Below are positions 8,742-18,816 of a DNA stretch of 64,000 nt, in pieces (the first letter of the stretch is position 1; each line of letters begins with the position of its first letter). The DNA is from Candidatus Pacearchaeota archaeon (GTDB lineage: Archaea > Nanobdellota > Nanobdellia > Pacearchaeales > GW2011-AR1), in assembly GCA_041659445.1 (NCBI GenBank), contig JBAZYG010000001.1:155068-219067 (forward strand), given 5' to 3'. The notes beneath the pieces were generated by a model that made no database searches, was not told the DNA's origin, and saw only the letters and a program-made list of their open reading frames with translations. The translations under genes were made by a program, and so were the position numbers.

Positions 8742-11381
8742 CTATTTATCCAACCATTCTAAATCACTATAATCATAAATATAATCTGGTTTTTTTTCTT
8801 TATTTATTTCTGAAACATAATAATCATGCATTCTTTTTAAAAATTCTTGTTTGTCTTCTATTCTCATCAAATCCATATGTCCTTGAAGAATAAGATTAAG
8901 AGAGAAAGGAGATGGGACTTTCACAAAATCAGTTATTATTTTTACTTTTCCTTCTTTTATCCAAGACAAAACTTTTTTTGCATTTTCAATATCCATTAAA
9001 TCTTCTAAAACTTCTCTTTTTGCTTCTTTTAAAATTGGGAAATCTGAACTTATTTTTTTTACACTAGCAATTAAAAAATGACTATTCATTTGTTGTCTTT
9101 TTACGCTTTTTTTATTTCCTTTGTAATTTCTTAAAATCATTAATGAACGAGTTGCACAATGTCTAAACCTTCTTGTTAAAATGTCTGTTTTTTCAATTGC
9201 TTTTCTTAGAATCTCTTCAATATTTTTTTCTGAAAGATTTGAAATTGCTTTGTCAAAATTTAATTTTTCAGAAGACAGGTAAAAACCCCTGTCGCTTATT
9301 CCTATTTCAACATCTCTTTCTCCTTCTTTTCCAATTAAAAAAGCTAAAGCTCTTGAAAGTGCGTCATTTACTCTTCTTCCATATAAACTATTTATTAGAA
9401 GATATTTTTTTTCATCTCTTTCATCAGTATATTCTTCTACTGTGATTGTTTCTGAATCAGAAATTTCAAAGAATTTGTATTGCTGATAAATATAATTGTA
9501 AATTTCATTTGCAATTTTTTCATTCACATAAGTATATTCTTTAATAAATTCAATTATTTTTTCTTTTGGTTTTTTTGCTTTTAATCTTTCTTTAATTTTT
9601 TTTCTGAATTCATTAATTTCTAATGCAGATTCAAAACTCAATGGAAGCACTTCAGAAAACCATGAAGGAATTGTTGGTGCTCTTGATAATTCTGGTTTTA
9701 CATAAAGGTTCATTCCTTTTGTATACATATACTGATATTTATTTCCACCAAGAACAAAAATATCTCCTTTTTTCATTCGATTTAAAAAAGATTCATCAAT
9801 TTTTCCAACTTTTTCTTCTGAATTAATTTTCACATCCACAAAAGATTCTTCAGGAATTGTTCCAATATTTGTCAAATAAATTACACGAGCCATTTTTCCT
9901 TTTTTTCCTATTGTTCCTTCTTTTTCATCATACCATATTTTGCTGTAAATTTTATTTTTTTCTAAATCATATTGTCCTGAGAGATAACTTATAACAGATA
10001 AAAAATCAATTCTTGATAATTCAGAGTAACAATAACTTTTTTTTATCAAGGAAAACATTTCATCTTTTTTCCAAATCTTATTTATAGCCATTCCAAATAT
10101 TTGTTGAGATAATACATCAAGACAATTTTTAGGAAAATGGATGTTGTCTATTTTTCCTTCTATCATTTCTTTTTGAATTATACTGCATTCAACTAAATCA
10201 TCTCTGTCTAAAACTATAAATTTTCCTTTTGCTGTTTCATGAAGTTTATGTCCTGCACGTCCAACTCTTTGAAGAGCTCTTGAACTTGCTTTTGGACTTC
10301 CAAGCATTATTACTAAATCTATATATCCAATATCAATTCCTAATTCTAAAGAAGTGGAGCAAACAACAACTTTTAATTTTCCGTCTCTTAAATCATCTTC
10401 TATTTTTTTTCTGTGGTCTTTGCTTAAAGATGAATGATGTGCTGCAATATTTTCATCAGTGTATGCCGTCGGAAATTTGTCTTTTAAATAATTCACAACT
10501 CTTTCAGTTGCAGAACGAGTATTTGTGAAAACCAATGTTGTTTTATGTTTTTCAATTAATTCATGAACAAGTTTGTATAAATCATTGTAAGGGTTTTCGT
10601 GTTCTATTAAATTTTCTACTGGCGTTAATACTTCAATATCTAATTTTTTATTTGAAGGAATTTTTGCAATTTCAATTATTCTTTTTTCGTCCTCGCCAAT
10701 TAAAAATCTTGCAATTTCTTCTAAAGGTTCTATTGTTGCACTTAAACCTATTTTTACAGGAAAAGTTTTGCTTAATTCATTTAATCTTTCTAAACTTAAA
10801 CTTAAGTAAACTCCTCTTTTGTTTCCAAGTGAATGTATTTCATCGACGATGCAAAATTCGACATTTTCAAAAGCTTCTATAAATTTTTTAGTTGTCAAAA
10901 CAATTGCTAAAGATTCTGGAGTTGTAATTAAAATGTGCGGAGGGTTTTTTGCCATTTTTGCTTTTTCAGAAATTGAAGTGTCACCAGTCCTTAACCCAAT
11001 TCGAATTTTTTGGAGTTTTATTTCTTTAGTTTTTGCAAGTTCAGTTATTTCTTCTAAAGGTTCAATTAAATTTTTGTGAATATCATTACTCAATGCTTTT
11101 AATGGAGAAGTATAAACTGCATAAACTTTGTTTTCAAGTTGGTTTTTTTCTGCTAAATTTATTAAATGATTTAAAATAGACAAAAATGCAGTTAAGGTTT
11201 TACCTCCTCCTGTTGGCGCTGAAATTAATGTGCTTTTTCTTTCATAAATATTCAAAACTCCGTATTTTTGTGAATCTGAAAAGTCTTTAAATTTAGAGAA
11301 AAACCATTCACGAATAAGAGGGTTTAATTTTTCTTTTATTTCTTCTGTTTTTCTTGGTTTTGCTATTAATACTTCTGTCAT
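8742..11381 (-). CDS. lhr: Lhr-type superfamily II ATP-dependent helicase (Lhr-core like).
   Basis: 879 aa. Walker A APTGGGKT. DEIH box (CIVDEIHSL). SAT motif (SATIEP). Long C-terminal extension typical of Lhr rather than Hel308. Confidence 0.8.
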   Translation of the reverse strand: MTEVLIAKPRKTEEIKEKLNPLIREWFFSKFKDFSDSQKYGVLNIYERKSTLISAPTGGGKTLTAFLSILNHLINLAEKNQLENKVYAVYTSPLKALSNDIHKNLIEPLEEITELAKTKEIKLQKIRIGLRTGDTSISEKAKMAKNPPHILITTPESLAIVLTTKKFIEAFENVEFCIVDEIHSLGNKRGVYLSLSLERLNELSKTFPVKIGLSATIEPLEEIARFLIGEDEKRIIEIAKIPSNKKLDIEVLTPVENLIEHENPYNDLYKLVHELIEKHKTTLVFTNTRSATERVVNYLKDKFPTAYTDENIAAHHSSLSKDHRKKIEDDLRDGKLKVVVCSTSLELGIDIGYIDLVIMLGSPKASSRALQRVGRAGHKLHETAKGKFIVLDRDDLVECSIIQKEMIEGKIDNIHFPKNCLDVLSQQIFGMAINKIWKKDEMFSLIKKSYCYSELSRIDFLSVISYLSGQYDLEKNKIYSKIWYDEKEGTIGKKGKMARVIYLTNIGTIPEESFVDVKINSEEKVGKIDESFLNRMKKGDIFVLGGNKYQYMYTKGMNLYVKPELSRAPTIPSWFSEVLPLSFESALEINEFRKKIKERLKAKKPKEKIIEFIKEYTYVNEKIANEIYNYIYQQYKFFEISDSETITVEEYTDERDEKKYLLINSLYGRRVNDALSRALAFLIGKEGERDVEIGISDRGFYLSSEKLNFDKAISNLSEKNIEEILRKAIEKTDILTRRFRHCATRSLMILRNYKGNKKSVKRQQMNSHFLIASVKKISSDFPILKEAKREVLEDLMDIENAKKVLSWIKEGKVKIITDFVKVPSPFSLNLILQGHMDLMRIEDKQEFLKRMHDYYVSEINKEKKPDYIYDYSDLEWLDK

Positions 11382-11510
11382 TTTAACAATTAGAAAAATT
11401 TAATAAGAAACTTATAAAACCAAGATTTATAAGATTTTTGATTTCTTGAAGAGTAGTTTATTGCACTTTGGAATATAAATCTTTTTAAATGAAGAGAATA
11501 AATAATAATT

Positions 11511-11795
11511 ATGGTAACCTACTCTAAGACTAACATTTATATTAAAGATAAGTCTGAAGTGAATTTAGATAATTTAAAAACAGAATTAGAAATTAAAGGA
11601 GATCCTTATTATCAAAATTGTTTTAATCCTGAACGAAAGGAGTTTCATTATTTTATGGAAAATTCAGTGATATATTTAATTGAAAAAGAAAAAGAAGTCG
11701 ATATAAATATTATTTCTAAGTATGAACTGTATGTGAGTGAGTGGAGAAAAACCCTCGAAGCGATTTTAAACGAAGCTAAAATAAAAAAGCCTTAA
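11511..11795 (+). CDS. Hypothetical protein (94 aa).
   Basis: ORF only. Confidence 0.35.
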   Translation: MVTYSKTNIYIKDKSEVNLDNLKTELEIKGDPYYQNCFNPERKEFHYFMENSVIYLIEKEKEVDINIISKYELYVSEWRKTLEAILNEAKIKKP

Positions 11796-11819
11796 AAACA
11801 GAATTTTCTTAATTAATTT

Positions 11820-12704
11820 ATGGAAAGAATTGATTTTAGAGATCAAATTTCAAAGAACAAAACAAAATCATTTTTCTTGATGTTTTCTATATTTGCAATA
11901 ATAATTATTTTGGGTTATGTAATTTCATTGGCTTTTGATCCGTTGTATTTTAGTTTTGTCATGATTATAGCAACTATTTTTTCCATAAGTTATCTTTTGA
12001 TTATGTATTATAATTCAGACAAAATTGCGATTTCAAGTGTTGGGGCAAAACTTGCAGATAGGAGTAAATACAAAGATTATTATTCTTTAGTTGAAGGATT
12101 AACTCTTGCTTCTGGTTTGCCGATGCCAAAACTTTATGTAATGTCATCAAAGCAAATTAATGCGTTTGCTTCTGGACGAAACCCCAATCATGCTGTTGTG
12201 TGTGTCACAGAAGGTGCTTTGGAAAAATTAGAAAAGAAAGAACTAGAAGGGGTTTTGGCTCATGAGTTGAGTCATATTGCAAGTTTTGATATTCGATACA
12301 TGACATTGGTTGCAGTGATGGTTGGAATTATTTCAATTATTTCTCAAATTTTTTTAAGAAGTTTGTGGTTTAGGGGCGGAGGAGATGATAACGGCAAAGC
12401 TCAAATTATTTTTATCTTGATTGGAATTGTCTTGGCTATTTTAGCTCCTATTGTTGTTTATTTTGTCCAGATGTCTATTTCAAGAAAAAGAGAATACAGT
12501 GCAGATGCAATGGCTGTTAAATTTACTAGGTATCCAAATGGCTTGATTGGTGCTTTGAAAAAAATAAAATCAGATAATTCTGTGCCTAGTGAAAGAAAAG
12601 TTTCAAAAGCTTTAGCACCTTTGTTTATTTCAAGTCCTTTTAAAAATCTAGCAAGTTCTCATCCTCCAATTGATGAAAGAATAAAAACATTAGAGAGAAT
12701 GTAA
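11820..12704 (+). CDS. htpX: Zinc metalloprotease HtpX (peptidase M48).
   Basis: Two N-terminal TM segments, an HELSHI (HExxH) motif, further TM helices, and a conserved E in the ...REYSAD... region. Confidence 0.85.
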   Translation: MERIDFRDQISKNKTKSFFLMFSIFAIIIILGYVISLAFDPLYFSFVMIIATIFSISYLLIMYYNSDKIAISSVGAKLADRSKYKDYYSLVEGLTLASGLPMPKLYVMSSKQINAFASGRNPNHAVVCVTEGALEKLEKKELEGVLAHELSHIASFDIRYMTLVAVMVGIISIISQIFLRSLWFRGGGDDNGKAQIIFILIGIVLAILAPIVVYFVQMSISRKREYSADAMAVKFTRYPNGLIGALKKIKSDNSVPSERKVSKALAPLFISSPFKNLASSHPPIDERIKTLERM

Positions 12705-12735
12705 GATTTATAAAGTATTTTTAATTTATTAATTT

Positions 12736-13173
12736 ATGAAGAAAAAGAGGAAAAAGTTATTTTTTATTATTGGAGCTTTTGTGTTAATTATTGCATTTGT
12801 TTTAATTTTGATTTTTACTTTGAGACCCAAATTGACTGATGAGCAGTTATTAACTCTCGTTTATCCCCAAATTAAAGCAGATTGTGATTATCTAAATAGT
12901 CTAAAAGTTTCAGGTAATTATACAGATTGTCTTACAAAATGCGAACTTTCTTCTGAATCTGATTTTTTGGATTCTGATGTTTCTAGGAACACATATACTT
13001 CTTATAAAGAAGGAAGTAACTATGTTTTGGAATTAAGAATGTTTTTGACCTTTGGTAGACCCACATACTCTGGAGACTTAAATTATTATTTTGTTTTTAA
13101 TAAAAAAGGAGAAGTAATTTCTGAAAATGTAAATCCTTCTCTTGAAGAGCTTGAGAGTAGTTGGTGTTACTAA
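12736..13173 (+). CDS. Hypothetical protein with an N-terminal signal/anchor.
   Basis: Basic N-terminus followed by a hydrophobic stretch. Cysteine-containing mature part. Confidence 0.4.
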   Translation: MKKKRKKLFFIIGAFVLIIAFVLILIFTLRPKLTDEQLLTLVYPQIKADCDYLNSLKVSGNYTDCLTKCELSSESDFLDSDVSRNTYTSYKEGSNYVLELRMFLTFGRPTYSGDLNYYFVFNKKGEVISENVNPSLEELESSWCY

Positions 13174-13183
13174 TTCTTTTAGA

Positions 13184-13378
13184 TTAAATAATTAATTTTA
13201 AAAACTCTTTTTTCTTATCTTCTTTTTTAGGTAATTCTCCTTCTACTTCAATTTTTTTTATTTTTAAAGATAAATCTCCTCTTCTAGGTGGTCTTTTATT
13301 ATTGGTTGCTTTATCATACATTTCTTCGTTTATTATTGGTCTTTTTGAATTTAAGATTAATTCATATGTTTCTTTCAT
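13184..13378 (-). CDS. Small basic hypothetical protein (64 aa). Uncertain.
   Basis: Same strand as the upstream 93-aa ORF, 12-nt gap. Competes with the + strand ORF 13302-13484. Confidence 0.25.
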   Translation of the reverse strand: MKETYELILNSKRPIINEEMYDKATNNKRPPRRGDLSLKIKKIEVEGELPKKEDKKKEFLKLII

Positions 13379-13390
13379 TTTTGTTCTTCC

Positions 13391-13672
13391 TCATTTCACT
13401 TTTCTTACTATTTCTGATAGTAATCCTTTGAATTTTATTTTAAAATCTAATTTATATACTGGACACCTTTCCATTGCATCTTGAGAAAAAGTTATGGGAG
13501 TTTTATCATTTGTTAAGTATCCATTATCTGGAGATTTAAGTCCCACACAATACTTTTTAGTATACTTGCAGAACCCCTGTTTTTTTTCTGACCAAGGAAA
13601 TTCTTGTTCCGTGTAACTGTTAGGACATCTTGCGATCACGTTTTCATCTTTTATTGCTTTTATTAATTTCAT
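13391..13672 (-). CDS. Hypothetical cysteine-containing protein (93 aa).
   Basis: Five Cys (CPNSY, FCKY, YCVG, ERCPVY). Confidence 0.4.
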   Translation of the reverse strand: MKLIKAIKDENVIARCPNSYTEQEFPWSEKKQGFCKYTKKYCVGLKSPDNGYLTNDKTPITFSQDAMERCPVYKLDFKIKFKGLLSEIVRKVK

Positions 13673-13788
13673 TTTTATTCTCCCTTAAAGTTGTTTTAAC
13701 TTTATAGTAATATATTGAATGATTAAGATTATAAGCATTTATCCTACTAAATGGTAGGATTTATATATTAGTGATTTTTATTTAGATT

Positions 13789-14514
13789 ATGGATACAGAA
13801 ATATTAGAGGAACTTGGATTAACTAAAACAGAAATTAAAATTTATTTGACTTTACTTGAGTTAGGTTTTTCTTCAGCTGGAAAAATTCTTGTTAAATCTA
13901 AACTTCCAAATTCAACAGTTCATAGAGATTTAAATTCTTTAATAGAAAAAGGATTAATTAGTTTTATTTTAAATGGAAAGAGAAAAATTTATTCTGCTAC
14001 AAATCCAGAAAATTTTTTTGAATTTATAGAAGACAAAAAAAGGAGATTTGAAGAAATTCTTCCTGGATTAAAGGAAAAACAAGAGAAATCTGTTGAAAAA
14101 GAATCTGCTTCAATTTATCAAGGAATTAAAGGAATAAAAGAGGTTTATAATATTATGATTAATTCAAAAGGAAAAGAATACAATACTTTTGGAGGTGGAG
14201 AAATTCCAGTAAAGATTATGGGTTGGACCTGGTGGTTGAATTTACATAAAAGAAGAATCGCAAATAGATTGTTTTCAAGACAAATTTTTGATAAAACTGT
14301 TAAAGATATTGGAAGAGAAATTGAAAAAAATTCATTAACAAAAATAAGATATGTTGATGAAAAATTTGCACAGTTTCAGGAAACTGTTATTGTTGAAAAT
14401 TATGTTGCAATTGCAGTTTTTTCTGAAAATCCTTATGCTTTTTTAATTCATGATAAAAACGTTGCAGATAGTTATAGAAAGCATTTTGAATTATTGTGGG
14501 AGAGTGCAAGATAA
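13789..14514 (+). CDS. TrmB-family transcriptional regulator.
   Basis: N-terminal wHTH LGLTKTEIKIYLTLLELGFSSAGKILVKSKLPNSTVHRDLNSLIEKGLI followed by a TrmB-like C-terminal domain. Confidence 0.7.
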   Translation: MDTEILEELGLTKTEIKIYLTLLELGFSSAGKILVKSKLPNSTVHRDLNSLIEKGLISFILNGKRKIYSATNPENFFEFIEDKKRRFEEILPGLKEKQEKSVEKESASIYQGIKGIKEVYNIMINSKGKEYNTFGGGEIPVKIMGWTWWLNLHKRRIANRLFSRQIFDKTVKDIGREIEKNSLTKIRYVDEKFAQFQETVIVENYVAIAVFSENPYAFLIHDKNVADSYRKHFELLWESAR

Positions 14515-14556
14515 CTAAATAATATATTTTAAAAACTCTTTTTTCTTATTTTATTC

Positions 14557-15405
14557 ATGGGATTTATAAGAGGTGTAGGAGTTTTTCTTTTATGTTTTAT
14601 TCTTTTTTTGTCTCTTTTTTTTATGAATGTTTTTTTAAATTTAAATTGGTCTTTGGAACATGATACTTTAGAACCAAATTTAATTAATTATGCAAATGAT
14701 TTTATTAATTCATCTGGAATTTCACAAGATGTTTCAATGGCTTTAACAGTAATGGAGTTTTATTGCATGACTCATACAAATTATATTTTTAATTATCAAG
14801 ATTTTAACATTGATATTCCGTGTAATGTTGTAGATTATGGGGTAAAAAATGCCACGAATTATATTATTAGTTCTTTAGTTGATAAAATATATTATCAAGA
14901 ATATAATTGTGAATTTTGGACTTGTGTCAAGACATCAGAGGTTCCAGTCGTCTTCATTTCTGAAAAAGCAAAAGATTATTGGTTTTATTTATTTAAAATT
15001 TCAATAATTATTTCTATAATTGCTTTTGTTTTAATGCTTTTAATAACAAGAAAAAAAGCAAATGCCTTTATCAATACTGGTGTTTTGGTTTTGGCTTCTT
15101 CAATTTTGTTCAGAGAATCTAAATTATTATTAAAGATATTTCCAAATAATCCTATACTTGATTTTTTAGAAATTTTCTTTGCTAAAGCAAATACAATTTT
15201 TATTATTATGATTATTATTGGAGTTGTATTCTTAATTGTGGGAATACTTCTTAGATTTTTGAATATTGGAACAAAAATAAGTCAAAAACTTAACAAGGAA
15301 AAAGATGAAAAAGTTCTTTCTAAAGAAGATGTCAAGCAAGCTGTTAGAGAAGAACTTGAAGAAGAAAAAAAATCAAAGAAAAAGAAAATCAGCAAAAAGA
15401 AATGA
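14557..15405 (+). CDS. Hypothetical polytopic membrane protein with a K/E-rich C-terminal tail.
   Basis: Several hydrophobic helices. Tail ...EELEEEKKSKKKKISKKK. Confidence 0.45.
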   Translation: MGFIRGVGVFLLCFILFLSLFFMNVFLNLNWSLEHDTLEPNLINYANDFINSSGISQDVSMALTVMEFYCMTHTNYIFNYQDFNIDIPCNVVDYGVKNATNYIISSLVDKIYYQEYNCEFWTCVKTSEVPVVFISEKAKDYWFYLFKISIIISIIAFVLMLLITRKKANAFINTGVLVLASSILFRESKLLLKIFPNNPILDFLEIFFAKANTIFIIMIIIGVVFLIVGILLRFLNIGTKISQKLNKEKDEKVLSKEDVKQAVREELEEEKKSKKKKISKKK

Positions 15406-15434
15406 TTTTAAACTAGATTATCTATTCTTTTAAA

Positions 15435-15986
15435 ATGTGTAAAAATTGTGAATTAAAACCTGTTTATGAATTTACTAACAAAAGAAAATTATGTAAACAA
15501 TGTTTTATAAATTGGTTTCAAAAAAAATTTCTTTATACAATAAGAAAATTTTCAATGATAAATAAAGAAGAGGTTATTGCGTATGAAAATTCAGGAAATT
15601 TTAGAGATGTTGTTTTAGAAGATTTATTAAAAATATTTTCAGAAAAGTCAAGAATAAGTTTAATTAAACTTCCTTCAAAAAAGAAATTTACAAAAAAGGC
15701 AATTTCAGAAACAATAGATTCTAATTCAATTAAGATAATGCAGTTTATTACAGAAAATAAAATCTCTCAATTAAAGAATTTAAGTGCTTCTGATAAATCA
15801 ATTATAAAACCATTGTATCTTTTTTTAGATTCAGAAGTTTTGCTTTATGCTAAATTAAAGAACTTGAAATTTGAAAAAATTGTCGAGAAGAAAACTAATT
15901 GGAGTTTTTTTATTGATGAATTAGAAATAAAGCATCCTGAAATAAAAAGGGCAATTGTTAATAGTTATTTAGAATTATATAAGTAA
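15435..15986 (+). CDS. NcsA/Ctu1/TtcA-like protein with a degenerate PP-loop. Possibly a non-catalytic homolog.
   Basis: N-terminal CxxC...CxxC as in Ncs6/TtcA (MCKNCELKP...CKQCF). Where SGGKDS is expected the sequence is VIAYENSGNFRDVVL. The C-terminus IKPLYLFLDSEVLLYAKLKNL resembles the family's conserved region. Only 183 aa. Confidence 0.45.
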   Translation: MCKNCELKPVYEFTNKRKLCKQCFINWFQKKFLYTIRKFSMINKEEVIAYENSGNFRDVVLEDLLKIFSEKSRISLIKLPSKKKFTKKAISETIDSNSIKIMQFITENKISQLKNLSASDKSIIKPLYLFLDSEVLLYAKLKNLKFEKIVEKKTNWSFFIDELEIKHPEIKRAIVNSYLELYK

Positions 15987-16480
15987 TTTTTATTTTTTTT
16001 ATATTTCTTGTATGCAAAGAAAACAGCAATTCCAATAATGATTACTAATCCTATAACAATAACAGTTATATTCTTGAAATGCGTTGGGAAATTTTGAGAT
16101 ATTGAATTTTCTTTTTCAGAATTGGTATTATTTTCAGTTTTAATAGAACAACTTTGATTCTCAATAGGTTTTATATTTAAATCAGCATAACAATATGTTT
16201 TTTCCTTTGTGCAGTTTCTTATTTGTATTCCCTCTACACAAGAAGACCAAGGAGAACAACTCCAATTAGTTAAGCAACTGCTACTACCTCCTGTATTATC
16301 GCTACCTGTCTCTCCTATCACTTCGCCTGTTGGAGAGGTTGATGCAGAGTTATTCATAATAAAAGCTTCATCTTCTTGGTCAAAGAAAGTTGTATTAGCA
16401 GATACATTTTCTGTTACTGCTATTAATAAAAATAAGATAATCAGAATAGAATTAAGTAAATTAAATTTAAATATTTGCAT
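15965..16480 (-). CDS. Secreted Cys/Ser-rich protein with a C-terminal TM anchor. The ORF track gives 15965-16570; the start is refined to the internal Met.
   Basis: MQIFKFNLLNSILIILFLLIAVTENVSA looks like a signal peptide. C-terminal ...VIVIGLVIIIGIAVFFAYKKYKKNK anchor. Using the internal Met removes the 80-nt overlap with the upstream gene. Confidence 0.45.
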   Translation of the reverse strand: MQIFKFNLLNSILIILFLLIAVTENVSANTTFFDQEDEAFIMNNSASTSPTGEVIGETGSDNTGGSSSCLTNWSCSPWSSCVEGIQIRNCTKEKTYCYADLNIKPIENQSCSIKTENNTNSEKENSISQNFPTHFKNITVIVIGLVIIIGIAVFFAYKKYKKNKNYLYNSK

Positions 16481-16490
16481 TTTATCATTA

Positions 16491-17915
16491 TTAGTTAACA
16501 GTATTTGTGTAATATGAACCAGTATAAGTGGTAATATTTGCAACAGCAGTTTCTGATTCAAATTGAACAATTAAATTTTTTTGATTTGCATCCGCAAGAA
16601 TCGTGCAAATAATTGTGTTAATAAATGGAACATTCACATCAAGACTCATTGCGCTCTCTCCAGTATTAGCAGAATTTGTGCTCACCGCGATATTATCAAT
16701 ATTTTCTACAGTATCACCTGCTTGAGTCATAAAGTTACAGTTTCCAACAGGTCCTGCATCATTTATAATCACCCTATTTTGAACTGCTACTCCTGCTGTA
16801 GATGAACTTTGTGCCAGATAGACTTTAACAATATTCATTTTACTCGGTGTTAATGCAATAGTGAATATAGTAGTATACTCTGCATTTGTAGCATTTAAAT
16901 TATTTTCCAAATAAACAGGAGTAAGTTCACTTACAGAAGAAATATCATTCCAATCATGGATAGTTGTTCCGTTCAAAGTATAATTAGATGCATTAACATT
17001 TCCAGAAGCATCAATATCTTGAACAAATAATTTAGTTATTCTGTTTATTGAACTTCCCAAGTAATTGAAAAATCCAGTATCATCTGCTGTTATATTTTCT
17101 TGTGAAAATATAGAACCCCTTGATTCAATATCATCTTCTACTAACAAGTCAGCTCCAGTTGCGTCTGTATCACAATCAACATAATTATTTCCCTCGCATA
17201 AAGTAAAGTTCTCATTTACTAACTTGTTTGTTGCATTTCCAACTATTTGAAAACTTCTAGAAACAGTGGTTGCTCTTCCTGATAAATATGCACCGCTAAT
17301 ACACATTTGCATTGTTTCTGTATTTTCATCCCAAAAACATTCTTGCATCCCATAATCATTTGTTTCTGATATAATATCATGAATTAATGAATCTGCAAAA
17401 GAAGAAGGGAGTGTAGATGCAAGTTCTCTTGGAGCATTATATAAAGCAGATGTAATAGTTCCATCAGATTTAATGAAATTGATTTCATCTTGTAATTTTA
17501 AAGGACTTAAACCCTGTAATGTGCCGTGTAATACTAAACTTCCTGTTGAAATTTCATCGGTATCTTTTCTTAAATAGTTCCAAACCACTAATCTTCTTCT
17601 TGGAGTTTGATCTGTTCCATCTATATTTATATTGAGATAATAATCTTTAGAAATATTATTGCAAGCAGAACCCACTCCTTCTTGCTCTATTTTCCACTCA
17701 CCCCAATTGCCTGTTGTTAAATTAGTTATGTTTGAATAACAAGTATTTCCACCAGTTAAAGCATCATAAACACTAAAATTAAATTCATAAGTTCCTGTAT
17801 TAAATGTTGTTCCAGTATAGTACTGCCCTTGCCAGACTAAAACATCTGATGCAGAAACAATGTTGATAATTAATATTAAAATGACACTTATTAAAACCAA
17901 AAATATTTTATTCAT
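16491..17915 (-). CDS. Secreted hypothetical protein (about 474 aa from the internal Met; the ORF track extends to 17987).
   Basis: MNKIFLVLISVILILIINIVSA signal peptide. Many NxS/T sequons. Confidence 0.5.
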   Translation of the reverse strand: MNKIFLVLISVILILIINIVSASDVLVWQGQYYTGTTFNTGTYEFNFSVYDALTGGNTCYSNITNLTTGNWGEWKIEQEGVGSACNNISKDYYLNINIDGTDQTPRRRLVVWNYLRKDTDEISTGSLVLHGTLQGLSPLKLQDEINFIKSDGTITSALYNAPRELASTLPSSFADSLIHDIISETNDYGMQECFWDENTETMQMCISGAYLSGRATTVSRSFQIVGNATNKLVNENFTLCEGNNYVDCDTDATGADLLVEDDIESRGSIFSQENITADDTGFFNYLGSSINRITKLFVQDIDASGNVNASNYTLNGTTIHDWNDISSVSELTPVYLENNLNATNAEYTTIFTIALTPSKMNIVKVYLAQSSSTAGVAVQNRVIINDAGPVGNCNFMTQAGDTVENIDNIAVSTNSANTGESAMSLDVNVPFINTIICTILADANQKNLIVQFESETAVANITTYTGSYYTNTVN

Positions 17916-18138
17916 TTTCTCCCTCCTTTTTAGTCCAAAAATAAATTTTAGCCATGCCAGTTTGTCTTGTTTTGACCTTTTTTGCACCTTCTAAAAATGA
18001 AAAATAATTAGTTACAGTTTGTCTAGAAACACCAAGTTTTGTCGACAATTCAGAAACAGTAAATCCTTTTGAATTTAATTTTAATTCTTTTATAATCTTT
18101 TCTCGATTGTGATTAATGTCTTCTCTTTTTTTCTTCAT
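17908..18138 (-). CDS. Small winged-helix/HTH DNA-binding protein (76 aa).
   Basis: FTVSELSTKLGVSRQTVTNYFSFLEGAKKV is an HTH. Lies directly upstream of two secreted-protein genes on the same strand. Confidence 0.55.
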   Translation of the reverse strand: MKKKREDINHNREKIIKELKLNSKGFTVSELSTKLGVSRQTVTNYFSFLEGAKKVKTRQTGMAKIYFWTKKEGENE

Positions 18139-18293
18139 CTTATTGTAAATGAATATTGCTTATAATGTTGACAACAAAATCATGTTAAATATATTTAGCA
18201 ATATTGTAAAGCAATTAAGAAGAAAAACTTAATAAATAAATCCCGAAATGTTAACAATGTTTATAATGTGGATAATGTTAGTGAAATCTAGAA
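18139..18293. promoter_or_regulatory. AT-rich promoter region with four ATAATGT(T/G) repeats. Possible operator for the adjacent HTH gene.
   Basis: Repeats at about 18162-18174 (tataatgttgaca), 18247-18257 (aatgttaaca), 18263-18270 (ataatgtg) and 18272-18283 (ataatgttagtg). The repeats are visible in the sequence; their function is inferred. Confidence 0.3.
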
Positions 18294-18644
18294 TTATTCT
18301 TCTTTTTCTATATCTTCATTCTTAAGGAAAAAGTTATTAATTTCATTTAAATGATCAAGAACTTTTTTCAGTTGTGGATTTTTATTTACAAAATCTTTAG
18401 TTATAACAGTTTCATCCATTACTGCGAGGTAAATTCTAGCTAAAAAATTTATTTGACTGTCATAAGAAACCCCTCTCCCTCTTTTACTTCTTATTAAATT
18501 TATTATGTCAAAAGAACCACTTTTCATAGCTTGATCTACTTTTTTTCTTGCTACTTCATCAAGAAGTTTAATAGTTCCCTGTTTCAAAGATACGCTTATT
18601 TTTTCTTCTTGTTTATCTTCAGGTGTTTCATTTGGATAGTTCAT
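18294..18644 (-). CDS. Hypothetical protein (116 aa).
   Basis: ORF only. Acidic C-terminus. Confidence 0.4.
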   Translation of the reverse strand: MNYPNETPEDKQEEKISVSLKQGTIKLLDEVARKKVDQAMKSGSFDIINLIRSKRGRGVSYDSQINFLARIYLAVMDETVITKDFVNKNPQLKKVLDHLNEINNFFLKNEDIEKEE

Positions 18645-18816
18645 TTTACAAAAGCCAATTTTTTCTATTGAGGTTCGTACTAATTACTTTAATCTAAATG
18701 AATATAATAAATATATAAATTTGTCGTTTTCATTACTTAATTACTAAGAATTTCCTAATCTTGAATTGTTTTCTTCAATCACAAGTGTTCTATGGAATTT
18801 AGTATATAAGTAATTT

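Noticed and set aside
9173-11079. Five + strand ORFs antisense to the Lhr helicase gene (9173-9445, 9623-9826, 10229-10528, 10535-10882, 10819-11079).
   Set aside because: Embedded in a gene with strong helicase motifs. Antisense L/F/Q-rich low-complexity products.
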